The translations under genes were made by a program, and so were the position numbers. From IMG/VR virus record IMGVR_UViG_3300024252_000004, positions 124,001 to 188,000 of that record: a stretch of 64,000 nucleotides of DNA, one strand, 5' to 3'. The notes under the pieces were generated by a model that was not told where the DNA came from, made no database searches, and saw only the letters and a program-made list of their open reading frames with translations. Positions 54,252 through 63,630 of the stretch are shown here, piece after piece; the stretch's first letter is position 1; every line of letters starts with the position of its first letter.

Positions 54252-55253
54252 ATGACTTCCGATCTGTACTACATTCACTTGGGTTTTACACAGACGGCAC
54301 CGGAGGTGTTGTTTGATAATCCCAAGACGAAGGACGACGTAGCAAAGACGTTTAAGAAGCTTGCCATTAAATTTCATCCTGACAAACACGCAGGGGATCG
54401 TGAGGATACTAAGTGGGCGAACAACATCTTCACGCTTCTCTGTGAGTACAGGGATGCCCTAGATAACCTTATCGAGAAAGGTATTACCCCTGGTAAGGTA
54501 GAATTTGAGATTGCCATTGGCAAGAGGAAGATCAAATTCACTGACGTAATCCATGAAGGAGATCTAGGTCTAGTAGTACGCAACGGATCAGATGTCCTTA
54601 AGATCCTTCGAGACCCTTCTGACTCTGACCTCTATAGAAACGCAGAGAAACATCTGAGAAAACTTCGAGGCCATGAACACTTTGATCAGTATCTAATCGG
54701 AAAGATTACTCCCGTCAGCGTTAACATGGGCGGAGTGATCCATCCTGGCCAGCACTATCAATACGTTGAAGGCTATACGTTGGAGCAGGTGAAGGAGAAA
54801 TACCCTATAACTTCTGCTCCGCATAGCACTTGGATGCTTAATAGGATCCTAGAGGTTCTCTGTCACGCACATTCAAATGGCATTGCAAACCTTGGAGTTC
54901 TTCCTAGACACATTCTTATCATACCGGAAACTCACGGTGGCGTACTATTGGATTGGACTTGCTCCACGACTGGCAAGCCTATTGCGGTTGCGGACACAGA
55001 GTCATTCGGTAAGTACCCTGATTTCGTATTTGATAAGCCAGATGATGCAAGGTACGCAGACGTTGTCATGGCGTTTGATATCTACAAGTGGTTGGCAGGG
55101 GAAGACAACATCCCTTCCGAGATTAAGAATTTCTACCGAAACATCTATAGCGGATACTATAGAGGAAGGAATACTATCGAGATCTATAAGAGATTTCAGA
55201 AGGTAGTTGACAGCGTATGGAAGAGAACTTTCATGCCATTTACAATGGATTAA
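54252..55253 (+). CDS. J-domain (DnaJ) fused to a protein-kinase-like domain
   Basis: FKKLAIKFHPDK; then HEGDL..V, VLKI, catalytic loop HSNGIANLGVLPRHILI and LLDW. Confidence 0.8.
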   Translation: MTSDLYYIHLGFTQTAPEVLFDNPKTKDDVAKTFKKLAIKFHPDKHAGDREDTKWANNIFTLLCEYRDALDNLIEKGITPGKVEFEIAIGKRKIKFTDVIHEGDLGLVVRNGSDVLKILRDPSDSDLYRNAEKHLRKLRGHEHFDQYLIGKITPVSVNMGGVIHPGQHYQYVEGYTLEQVKEKYPITSAPHSTWMLNRILEVLCHAHSNGIANLGVLPRHILIIPETHGGVLLDWTCSTTGKPIAVADTESFGKYPDFVFDKPDDARYADVVMAFDIYKWLAGEDNIPSEIKNFYRNIYSGYYRGRNTIEIYKRFQKVVDSVWKRTFMPFTMD

Positions 55254-55624
55254 AAGTGTTCGAGTTTGTACCCGGAAGACAAGGCACAGGATATGAGAAG
55301 CTAAAGCTATTCAGCGCCCTCTTCTTTGACTCTTATGTGCTGAGGTTTGACGAAGGTTCATACATTCCCGAGCATGTAGATATAGTAGATGGGTTCAATC
55401 ATTTTCGATTGAACGTTATCTTAAGAAACGCCGATGAAGGCGGAGAGTTTCGATGCGATAATGTATTGTCTATATTCGGCAGAGTTCATCTGTTCCGTCC
55501 AGACATTGAGAAGCATTTGGTCACCGAGATTCATTCAGGAAGGAGAATCGTTTTATCTTTTGGTATGGCGATTCCCAAGGTATACAACCCACTTGCTGCC
55601 AAAGAGTGCAGCATGAAAAGTTAA
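55217..55624 (+). CDS. 2OG-Fe(II) oxygenase
   Basis: PEHVD (HxD), LNVIL...EGGEF, KHLVT and RIVLSFG. Confidence 0.8.
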   Translation: MEENFHAIYNGLKVFEFVPGRQGTGYEKLKLFSALFFDSYVLRFDEGSYIPEHVDIVDGFNHFRLNVILRNADEGGEFRCDNVLSIFGRVHLFRPDIEKHLVTEIHSGRRIVLSFGMAIPKVYNPLAAKECSMKS

Positions 55625-55633
55625 GGAGAAAAT

Positions 55634-56584
55634 ATGGGTGGTGGAAGTTGGTCTGGTGCGACATATGATTCGTTTTCCAGCAGTATTAGTTCGGCTCCAA
55701 GAGCCACAGTTTTCAAGTCTCGTTCCTGCAAGGATGAGTTTGACCCAAAGAACATTGAGCGGCGGCAGTCTTTGATTACTGACGAGCATCCGAATCCTAC
55801 ACCGATTGTTGTAGCGTTTGACGTTACCGGATCGATGCATGGCATTCCTGACAAGTTCGTTAGAGAGCTTCTTGGTGACCTTATGGACACTCTGAATGAC
55901 TCTGGCGTTGTCACCGACCCACAGGTTTGCGTCTGTGCAGTTGGCGATGCGTACTCTGATCGTTCCCCTCTTCAGATTACTCACTTCGAGTCTGATAACA
56001 GGGTGTCTGATCACCTGTCTGACCTTTGGCTTGAAGGTGGTGGTGGCGGAGGTGGTCGTGAGAGTTATGAGCTTACTTGGTATTGGTTTGCTCAGGCTGA
56101 GAACCTAGAGTTGGATTGCCTAACTCAGGGTCGTAAGGGAATCTTTTTCACTATCGGTGATGAGATGCCTTACCAGCAGATTCCGGCAAGCATTGTGCGA
56201 AAGCATACAGGGTGCAACCCTCAGTCCGATACTTCTTTTAGTTCTGTAGTTGAACAGATTGGAGATCAGTTTGAGGCATTCCACATCATGATTAGTCAGG
56301 GAGGAAACTTCTCTACGAAGACCGCTGAGGTCTGGAGAGCTTTGATTGGTGAGCGTGCCGTGATGGTTGATGACTATACGACAATCTGTGATGTGATTAA
56401 GGGTATCTGCCTTATGGTCAATGGAGCATCTTTGGATGATGCAGTTAGTGTTGCCACTAACAAGGAGAGTACTGAGACTGCACTGGCTCCTTTGGAGAAC
56501 AGCGGTGCTGTTTTGGTTAGAGCTTCTGGCACTGGTACTGCGGCTGCTATGACAAAGAGTTCTAAGGGCTCGCGTAGACTTTAA
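55634..56584 (+). CDS. vWA-domain protein
   Basis: VAFDVTGSM MIDAS, GDAYSD, EGGGGGGG.ESY and FTIGDE. Confidence 0.85.
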   Translation: MGGGSWSGATYDSFSSSISSAPRATVFKSRSCKDEFDPKNIERRQSLITDEHPNPTPIVVAFDVTGSMHGIPDKFVRELLGDLMDTLNDSGVVTDPQVCVCAVGDAYSDRSPLQITHFESDNRVSDHLSDLWLEGGGGGGGRESYELTWYWFAQAENLELDCLTQGRKGIFFTIGDEMPYQQIPASIVRKHTGCNPQSDTSFSSVVEQIGDQFEAFHIMISQGGNFSTKTAEVWRALIGERAVMVDDYTTICDVIKGICLMVNGASLDDAVSVATNKESTETALAPLENSGAVLVRASGTGTAAAMTKSSKGSRRL

Positions 56585-56605
56585 AACCTGATAGGGGTTG
56601 ATACA

Positions 56606-56842
56606 ATGAGCATAATTAAAATGACTGAGTTTCTTGAGAAGTATAGAGTAGTCGTGGTCACTACGATTACCATTGCAATTCTTTTTCTTGCGATGTGCTC
56701 TATTGTGGACGACATGAATGAAGCCAACTCTGCTACTCAGGCAGTTAGAAAAGAGTGTGCTGAAAGCTGTTTCCCAGAGAGATCCAATTATAACTCTTAT
56801 CTTGAAATGTGTTATTGTGTCAGCCCTTGTGAAGGGAAGTAA
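56606..56842 (+). CDS. Small membrane-anchored Cys-rich protein
   Basis: One TM; C...C...CYC. Confidence 0.65.
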   Translation: MSIIKMTEFLEKYRVVVVTTITIAILFLAMCSIVDDMNEANSATQAVRKECAESCFPERSNYNSYLEMCYCVSPCEGK

Positions 56843-57231
56843 TGTCTATGATCAATAAGATGAATAGGTGGTGTGCTCTTTTCGAAGAGGCAACGCAGAT
56901 TATAGAGTCAGATGCCAGTTGGCTGACAAAATACAATCTTTTGTTTTCATACGAAATTGTATATGGAATGCATGACCTGTTTTGTATTCGAGTTCCTCTG
57001 CGTGTCTCGCCAGAAGTAGATTGCAATGCTTGGTATGCAAAGGCGAAAATTATGTATGACGAGTATCAGAAGATCCTTGGAAAAAAGGAATCTATCGCGA
57101 ATTACTACGTCAGATGCATTTGTGGGTGGGGAGGGAATCTTTATGATCTTGATCAGCACACAAGAGATGCTCTTTGTCCGAAGTGTAGCAGAGTTTTGCT
57201 TGGCTCTTCCAGTCCTCAGCTTGGTGGATGA
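56842..57231 (+). CDS. Hypothetical protein with zinc ribbon
   Basis: CICG...CPKC; TAATG coupling. Confidence 0.7.
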   Translation: MSMINKMNRWCALFEEATQIIESDASWLTKYNLLFSYEIVYGMHDLFCIRVPLRVSPEVDCNAWYAKAKIMYDEYQKILGKKESIANYYVRCICGWGGNLYDLDQHTRDALCPKCSRVLLGSSSPQLGG

Positions 57232-57276
57232 CGTTGTCTTCTTCCGTGTTGTCAATAAAGTATAAGAGGTAAAGAA

Positions 57277-57516
57277 ATGGAATCCCTATGGCTTGGTCTG
57301 CTAATCTACTATCTGATTACAAGATTTGTTCCCGTCATTTTGTTCGCTCGTTACGCTAAAAAGTTCTTTGGTAACGATGAGGGAATAGTATTGGGCGGAG
57401 CTTTTATAATTATCTTCTGCTTTACTCCTGTAGTTGGAGAATTTATCTATCTCTGTTTGGCAATTACCGCTGCGATTGTTGCATTGGCCCGCTCTGCTCT
57501 TAAGAGAAGACGATGA
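57277..57516 (+). CDS. Membrane protein
   Basis: GAGG RBS; hydrophobic. Confidence 0.7.
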   Translation: MESLWLGLLIYYLITRFVPVILFARYAKKFFGNDEGIVLGGAFIIIFCFTPVVGEFIYLCLAITAAIVALARSALKRRR

Positions 57517-58802
57517 CTACATTTGTTGTGACAGGTCTTGGATACGGAGACGAAGGTAAGGGTACCGCAGTAGACTATCTCGCAAGAGGACTTGAGAGTC
57601 CTGTTGTTATTAGAGCTACAAGCGGCCCACAAGCTGCGCATAACGTAGTGCTTCCCGATGGAACGTCACACACTTTTGCACAGTTTGGTTCCGGCTTCTT
57701 TGCGGGAGCAGATACTCTGTACGCTGGTGTCGTCTGCGATCCTCTTGCTTTCGTAAAGGAAGGTAAGGCTCTGGAGAGCTTTGATAGTAAGGCATTCGGC
57801 AGAGTGATTGTCTCTGCTGATTCTATTGTGACGACTCCTTATCATCAGGCTGGCAACAGACTGAAGGAGATCCTAAGGGGGAGCGAGCGTCATGGTTCAT
57901 GTGGCTATGGAGTCAATGAGGCTGTCACTCTTGCTTCGCAGCAGATCGGACTATGCGTTGGGGATCTAACCGATGATAATTTGGAGAAGAGACTTGAGAA
58001 TGTCAGAGCACATTACGAGTCTTTCATTCTAAACATCATGGAGCATTACGATCTTGCTGGCAATCCAGAGATTGAAAGCATGATCGAGTTCATTGGTTCG
58101 GAAGAGTCTGTGGGTTATACTGCCGATCTTTACAAGGAGTTCTCCGCCCGTGTCCAAGTCAGAAGCGGGAGAGATATCTTTGACAGGATTAAGTCAGCGA
58201 AGAATAGGATCTTTGAGTCAGCGCAGGGTGTCTTGCTTGACCCAACGTATGGAATGTTCTTCCCTCATGTAACACGCCTGTCTCCATTCGATGTCTTGCG
58301 CTACCTTGAGGATAAGGACTATCGGCATGTCCTTTGTGCCAGAACATATATGAGTCGCCATGGTGCAGGCCCATTGTTTACTGAGCACATTGACGTTGAG
58401 GGGTACGATCCTCACAACGTAAAGAACAAGTGGCAAGCAGCTATGCGGTACGGATGTCTCGACCTTCCTTCTTTGCGCTATGCAGTAAGGGTTGTGAAGG
58501 CTCACAATATGTTTGTAAATCCCAAGCTTTTTGTTACTCACGAGGACATTGTATCTGACGGCAAGTATGTCGATGACTATGATGGGAAGAAGGATATCTC
58601 CGACGTGATGGAGGAAGCTCTCAGGTGCAGAGACTTCTCCAATCCTCATCTTGGACTGAAGATTTGTGATGAGCTATCAGATCTATTTGATCCTGAGTTT
58701 AAAGAGACTCATGATATTGTAAAGACAATGGAAGAAGGTCTTGGAGTTAAGGTTGGCTGGGTTAGTTCTGGCATGACATACCAAGATAAGACAGAGCTCT
58801 AG
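57513..58802 (+). CDS. Adenylosuccinate-synthetase-like (divergent PurA family) protein
   Basis: GLGYGDEGKG, QAAHNV, HGSCGYG, FESAQGVLLD, PHVT, TYMSRHGAGP and RYG.LD. Confidence 0.88.
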   Translation: MTTFVVTGLGYGDEGKGTAVDYLARGLESPVVIRATSGPQAAHNVVLPDGTSHTFAQFGSGFFAGADTLYAGVVCDPLAFVKEGKALESFDSKAFGRVIVSADSIVTTPYHQAGNRLKEILRGSERHGSCGYGVNEAVTLASQQIGLCVGDLTDDNLEKRLENVRAHYESFILNIMEHYDLAGNPEIESMIEFIGSEESVGYTADLYKEFSARVQVRSGRDIFDRIKSAKNRIFESAQGVLLDPTYGMFFPHVTRLSPFDVLRYLEDKDYRHVLCARTYMSRHGAGPLFTEHIDVEGYDPHNVKNKWQAAMRYGCLDLPSLRYAVRVVKAHNMFVNPKLFVTHEDIVSDGKYVDDYDGKKDISDVMEEALRCRDFSNPHLGLKICDELSDLFDPEFKETHDIVKTMEEGLGVKVGWVSSGMTYQDKTEL

Positions 58803-58811
58803 GGATTTTTG

Positions 58812-58835
58812 TAAAAAACTCATGGGATGTTATAA
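58812..58835 (+). promoter_or_regulatory. Isolated copy of the cassette promoter motif
   Basis: TAAAAAACTCATGGGATGTTATAA. Confidence 0.65.
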
Positions 58836-58873
58836 GGGCCTGACTGTTCCACCTTTGTCCTGTCGGAAGAATC

Positions 58874-59410
58874 ATGCCTGAGATCCTCGCACTTACCGCC
58901 GCCAACAAGCGGCTTAGAGCCTTTGATAACAAGCCGGGTAACAATCTTGAAGAGGCCGAACGTTTGAGGTATGAAGCGGAAATCCTGATGCGAAAGGCAG
59001 ATGTGATTTTTCAGGCAGAAGAGAAACTTAGGAGTCCTTACGTTGCAGCGGTAGATGCTGCGATGGTGGAGCAGCGTCGTGCTTTGACTGGCTGGCTCCA
59101 CAGAGGAGAGTCTTTGGCTCTCTATCACAATAGGTACAGGCTTCCAGTTCTTGGCGGTATGAATACAGAGCCGCACAACAACGTAGCATGGCTTCGATTC
59201 ATGACTATCAGAACCGATTATAATCTTATTGGTCGGACGCGATTGACTCTTGATGTCCGCAGCAATGGCTGTCAAATTCCCGATGTCAGATACGGTCGGA
59301 AGATTTGGGAGGACATGGGTAAGGAGTCTGACCTATCAGAATGTTTTCGACTTGCAGACCAAGAGCTTGTTGATCGAGGGTTTATTCTTACCGATTGGCT
59401 GGAGGAGTAG
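58874..59410 (+). CDS. Hypothetical protein
   Basis: 178 aa, directly after a promoter copy. Confidence 0.75.
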   Translation: MPEILALTAANKRLRAFDNKPGNNLEEAERLRYEAEILMRKADVIFQAEEKLRSPYVAAVDAAMVEQRRALTGWLHRGESLALYHNRYRLPVLGGMNTEPHNNVAWLRFMTIRTDYNLIGRTRLTLDVRSNGCQIPDVRYGRKIWEDMGKESDLSECFRLADQELVDRGFILTDWLEE

Positions 59411-59432
59411 TAATGTGGAGTGGGATTATTGA

Positions 59433-60251
59433 CTACCTCGCAGGTGATGGCCTGAAAGAAATGTTCTCCGAAGAAAACCATCGGTAAATGGTCTGGAATG
59501 GTACCTCAAGCTCTTCTGATATTTCCGTGACGGCTACGCCATCGGAACGCATTAGGAAAGCTTGAGACTTTAACACTGCATACCTTCGATACGGTGGGTC
59601 ATAGTTGTCCATCCAGTCTTGATAGATGTCGAACTTGTAACTCTGGAAACTGGATTCATTCCACAACCATTTGCAAAAGTTCTCAGCATACTGCCCATTG
59701 AGACTAACCTGATAAAGGTTTTTGCATCGTTTAATGTGGGACACACTGAACTTCTTAACAGGGATATGCTTGATTGATTCTTTTATGAACTCTTCTGTTC
59801 CTACATATGATGCAGCAAGATATGTCCCAGCTCCTCGTTTGTAGATGCCAACAGAGCCGTCCCCATCAAAGTATCCTCTAAGAAAGTGACTGTAGAGCTT
59901 AGGGTTAAGCTCCGGCCACTTAAGTGTCAACGTTTTGTTAGGGGTAACTCCAAGCTCAATAAGTTTCGCAGTGATCTGAACTGAAGTTATCTGAAAGGAA
60001 TAGGAATTCACTTTCGGGTCAGCGTAAACCTTACAATTGGAATCTATCAGAGTTGTTATGTACTTGATAGTCTTTAGCCCATTTTCCCCAGACTGACTTA
60101 GCCTAAAGTATCTAAACTGATTAGTTTTTGCTTTTGCAGATTTAGATATAGAGCCGTCGGCAGCCATTAGGCCGACGAAATAAGCTTGTTCTGGCCCTAC
60201 CGCTTCTAAGAATGTATCGTCAACACTGTACTTTCTGTAACCTTTCATCAT
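59433..60251 (-). mobile_element. Free-standing double-motif LAGLIDADG homing endonuclease with C-terminal HTH
   Basis: YFVGLMAADGSI and FLRGYFDGDGSV; C-terminal EISEELEVPFQTIYRW HTH; AGGAG RBS on the minus strand. Confidence 0.9.
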
Positions 60252-60269
60252 TTCTCCTATGGATTTACT

Positions 60270-61559
60270 ATGCACATTAACCTTGGCGAAATTAATAGAG
60301 ACAGGTTCAATGTTGAGGATAGATTTATCGAAGGTTATGGTCCTGTTGTGCTTGTCTGCTCAAACAAGACGACCCATGATTGGCAATACGACGAGCTACA
60401 CTTGAGATCCCTTTTGTGTGACCCTGACGGGGAGATCATAAGCAGCGGCTTCAAAAAGTTCTTTAACTATGGTGAACGCGAAGACTTGGACGCTATCACT
60501 GCCGATCTCATTGAGAATGGCACGGTGTACTATCCTAACAAGATGGATGGTTCTCTCATTGTAAGAGACGTTCTTCATCCGAAGGATGGCTCTGATCCTT
60601 TCGTTCACTTTCGGACTCGCGGCAGTCATCACCTTGGAGACTTTCACACTCCTGTGATGAGTATGATGAAAGAGAGGTATCCTCGTGTTTTCGATACCAT
60701 GTATGATCAGAGCATCTCTGCTCTGTTCGAATACACTTCGCCGAACAACAGAATCATTCTGAAGTATGAGGAAGCCGAGCTTACTTTACTTGGAGGAATG
60801 AAGCGTTCAAGGAATGTGCCTTACTTTGTTTGGGCTACCCCGGATTTGAACTTGGAGATTGCAGGAGAACTCGGAGTCAATGCTCTTGTGTTTCACGATC
60901 TGCCTTCTGATCCGAAAGAGCTTGTGAAGATTGTAAAGGCTTGGCCAGATGCCGAGGGCATTGTTGCGTGGTGTGAAACTGGTGACATGATTGGCTATGA
61001 TGGCGTAGAGCATGTCATTCACATGGCAAAGATTAAGGCTTGGGATTACATCCGACTTCACTCGTTGAAGTATGCATTCTCTGGCAAGAAGCTTCGCAAG
61101 ATGTGCTATGCTGCTGGCATCGAAGACATTGAGGCTTTGAGAGCCGCACTGTTTGCTTTCGGTGTTGATTGGGAGACTCTGACTCTGTTCCGTCCTGATT
61201 TCGAAGAGTACATCAATGAGCGTAATGCTCGAAAGGAGCACATCCTTAAGTTCATTGAGGCATATAGTCTCACTGGCCTGAAGGGTGCTTGTAGTCGGAA
61301 GGACATCGCCCTTCAGTCTAAGCAATACTGCAAGGATCAGGGTGAGCCAAAGATGTTCTCGGTTTGTATGGCTTTTGCCTTTGACAACACCGACAAGATG
61401 AATCGAATGATCGACGCATACAGTCTCGGCATCACTGCGACTGGTCTTTCAATCTACCGTGAGCAGGGTCAGTCTCTCTTTGATGGACTGAAGCCTTTCA
61501 TGGAGGTTTTCGAGGAGAGAATGGAAATGATGACGGAGGGTTCTGATGCCGACGATTGA
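60270..61559 (+). CDS. RNA ligase 1 (T4 Rnl1-like)
   Basis: GFKKFFNYGE, NKMDGSL (motif I Lys), FRTRGS, LFEYTSPNNRII, EGIV and KIK. Confidence 0.88.
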   Translation: MHINLGEINRDRFNVEDRFIEGYGPVVLVCSNKTTHDWQYDELHLRSLLCDPDGEIISSGFKKFFNYGEREDLDAITADLIENGTVYYPNKMDGSLIVRDVLHPKDGSDPFVHFRTRGSHHLGDFHTPVMSMMKERYPRVFDTMYDQSISALFEYTSPNNRIILKYEEAELTLLGGMKRSRNVPYFVWATPDLNLEIAGELGVNALVFHDLPSDPKELVKIVKAWPDAEGIVAWCETGDMIGYDGVEHVIHMAKIKAWDYIRLHSLKYAFSGKKLRKMCYAAGIEDIEALRAALFAFGVDWETLTLFRPDFEEYINERNARKEHILKFIEAYSLTGLKGACSRKDIALQSKQYCKDQGEPKMFSVCMAFAFDNTDKMNRMIDAYSLGITATGLSIYREQGQSLFDGLKPFMEVFEERMEMMTEGSDADD

Positions 61560-61833
61560 GATCAACGAGTGGTTGCAAGACGACATCGAAAATTACATTA
61601 AGGAAAGGCTCCTTAGAGAATGGCTCATTGAGAATGACATTCCCGAAGATAAGGGCAGAGACTACTACCTGTCAGATCCTATTGGCGGGTATGGTTGCGA
61701 CGCTCCTTCCAATCCTTCATATGGGTCTTTCGCTTGGTCTGTTGGGACCTACAAGCAGAGGGATAAGTGGCATGGAGAAATTGAGATCTCAATCAGGGAT
61801 GCACTGAAGCTGTATCTTTCTGACGAGGAGTAA
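61546..61833 (+). CDS. Hypothetical protein
   Basis: GGAGG RBS. Confidence 0.7.
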   Translation: MPTIEINEWLQDDIENYIKERLLREWLIENDIPEDKGRDYYLSDPIGGYGCDAPSNPSYGSFAWSVGTYKQRDKWHGEIEISIRDALKLYLSDEE

Positions 61834-61834
61834 C

Positions 61835-62209
61835 ATGGGTTTCCGATTTTCAAGAATGGATCCTGTTAAAGTCATTGTCTCTTTGATTCCAGAAGAGGAT
61901 GGCGGTCTGTCTTTCGTAGGAACATGGACCGCAAAGGGAAAGATTCTATTTGTCAAGACTACCTTTGGCAGTTATGAGAAGGTAGAGTCTCAGTCTCCTG
62001 CCCACCTGATGAGGCCATGGCAGTCTGTCAGGAGTCTTGGGATTGAAATGGAGACGCCTCTTGGGGCAGTGTATATTTGTCCCCTGGATGACAAGAAGCA
62101 TGTAAGGGTAAGAGACACAGAAGGTGTTGAGCATGATTGGCCCTTTGACTATGCTGTTGGCAACGCATTTGTAGCAACATTTTCAGAAAATGATGCCGCC
62201 CCATCCTGA
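61835..62209 (+). CDS. Hypothetical protein
   Basis: GAGGAG RBS. Confidence 0.7.
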   Translation: MGFRFSRMDPVKVIVSLIPEEDGGLSFVGTWTAKGKILFVKTTFGSYEKVESQSPAHLMRPWQSVRSLGIEMETPLGAVYICPLDDKKHVRVRDTEGVEHDWPFDYAVGNAFVATFSENDAAPS

Positions 62210-62220
62210 AGGGAAGTTTT

Positions 62221-62245
62221 CTAAATTTCTCACAGGATGTTATAG
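62221..62245 (+). promoter_or_regulatory. Isolated copy of the cassette promoter motif
   Basis: CTAAATTTCTCACAGGATGTTATAG. Confidence 0.6.
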
Positions 62246-62319
62246 GGTTATGTAAGCCCGCACAATGTCAGGAATAGGTCGCCGCCATTCCTTGGCAATA
62301 CTTTGTCCCCGAGAATAAA

Positions 62320-62868
62320 ATGCCTCCGTCTATCGTTTGGTATTACCACAATGATGAATGGGTCAAGCTTTACAAGGAGAGTAGCTCTTACTACTTTGTA
62401 GATGTATTGACTTATGGTCGAGGAATGTGTTTCGGAGCAGCGCCTTCGAATACATATTCGGATAAGCCAAAGTATATTCCTGGGAAGATCCCTCTCGATC
62501 GGGTTAGGGTCTTTACCGAACGGAAAATCTCCATTGATTACGTCGAGGAAGCAGAAAAGGTTCTCTTCAGAGATACTTGCTTCAGCTTCAGTCAAGACAT
62601 GGAGGCTATTGAGTGGGGCGGAGAGAGCACGAAGATCACCGTTACTGAGACGGTTACGAAGATCGAAGGCTGGAACAACACTCACGTCTGCTCCTATTGC
62701 GAAGAGAGTTCTGTGACTCCAAACGATAGCATTGACCTCTCTGCTGTCACTTGTAACTGCGGAAGCACGGGACGCTTTGTCACAATGGAGCATTGGCTGA
62801 GTAGCAGCGGGATCAATGAGATTCCATACGTTGGTCAGACGGTCACCGTTACCAGAGAGGGTAGATAG
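62320..62868 (+). CDS. Hypothetical protein with C-terminal zinc ribbon
   Basis: CSYC...CNCG. Confidence 0.7.
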   Translation: MPPSIVWYYHNDEWVKLYKESSSYYFVDVLTYGRGMCFGAAPSNTYSDKPKYIPGKIPLDRVRVFTERKISIDYVEEAEKVLFRDTCFSFSQDMEAIEWGGESTKITVTETVTKIEGWNNTHVCSYCEESSVTPNDSIDLSAVTCNCGSTGRFVTMEHWLSSSGINEIPYVGQTVTVTREGR

Positions 62869-62869
62869 C

Positions 62870-63088
62870 ATGTCTGCGGAGACTATCTCACTTCAGGAAT
62901 TCATGATCGAAGTTCGCAGAATCCTCCGCAAGAACAACTGGTCTGCTGCTTACTTCCTTTGGCACACAATCCACTTTGTATATTCAGAATGTGATCCCGC
63001 AGACTTCCTGTGGTTCTTGCTCGAAGTAAATAAAAGAAAGGCCGGCACGGCCTGCGAAACGTACACACAGACTAAGGAACCAGTATAG
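62870..63088 (+). CDS. Hypothetical protein
   Basis: GAGGG RBS. Confidence 0.6.
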   Translation: MSAETISLQEFMIEVRRILRKNNWSAAYFLWHTIHFVYSECDPADFLWFLLEVNKRKAGTACETYTQTKEPV

Positions 63089-63104
63089 GTTCTGAGGAAA
63101 TCTG

Positions 63105-63614
63105 ATGACTGATGGCGAAGGTTTTGATCCCAACAATGTTTTCTCTCTGAATGCAAAGCGAAACTACGGTAGGTCTTTCGAGATTGGCCGGAAGTATGCT
63201 GAGTGCATCATTGATGGTGTTGAAATCAAGCACAATTTCAAGGTTGCAGATCGGGTGGCGTTCACTATGGATTGTTTTAAGGAGGTGATTGACGAGAGTT
63301 ACTCTCTTGAGTTTTCCAGATTCATGATGATTTGTGTTCGTCACAAGATTGATCCCATTCATTCTGCTCTACTCTCTCAGAGTCTTTCCGGCAATGTCTT
63401 TGGTTTCTATACCGTGAAGATTGAGGATGGTAAGGCGCCGGTTCGAGAGTATCCTCGCATTGGAACTTACATGAACGATGGTGTCATTATGGTTTCTGAA
63501 GAGGCTGGGCTTAAGGCCATGAAGTTCTCAAGAAATCTTGGATACCTTATGGTCTCCATTGCTATGGCACTCTCAGGGGGTTTTGTGGCGGTCCTCTTCT
63601 TCATCTTTGGCTGA
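63105..63614 (+). CDS. Hypothetical protein with C-terminal TM anchor
   Basis: GAGGA RBS. Confidence 0.7.
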   Translation: MTDGEGFDPNNVFSLNAKRNYGRSFEIGRKYAECIIDGVEIKHNFKVADRVAFTMDCFKEVIDESYSLEFSRFMMICVRHKIDPIHSALLSQSLSGNVFGFYTVKIEDGKAPVREYPRIGTYMNDGVIMVSEEAGLKAMKFSRNLGYLMVSIAMALSGGFVAVLFFIFG

Positions 63615-63630
63615 AATAAAAGGAGAAGTG

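Noticed and set aside
57513-58802. PurZ / PurZ0 (2-aminoadenine DNA)
   Set aside because: The catalytic loop is GDEGKG with Asp retained as in PurA; PurZ-type enzymes have Ser at that position
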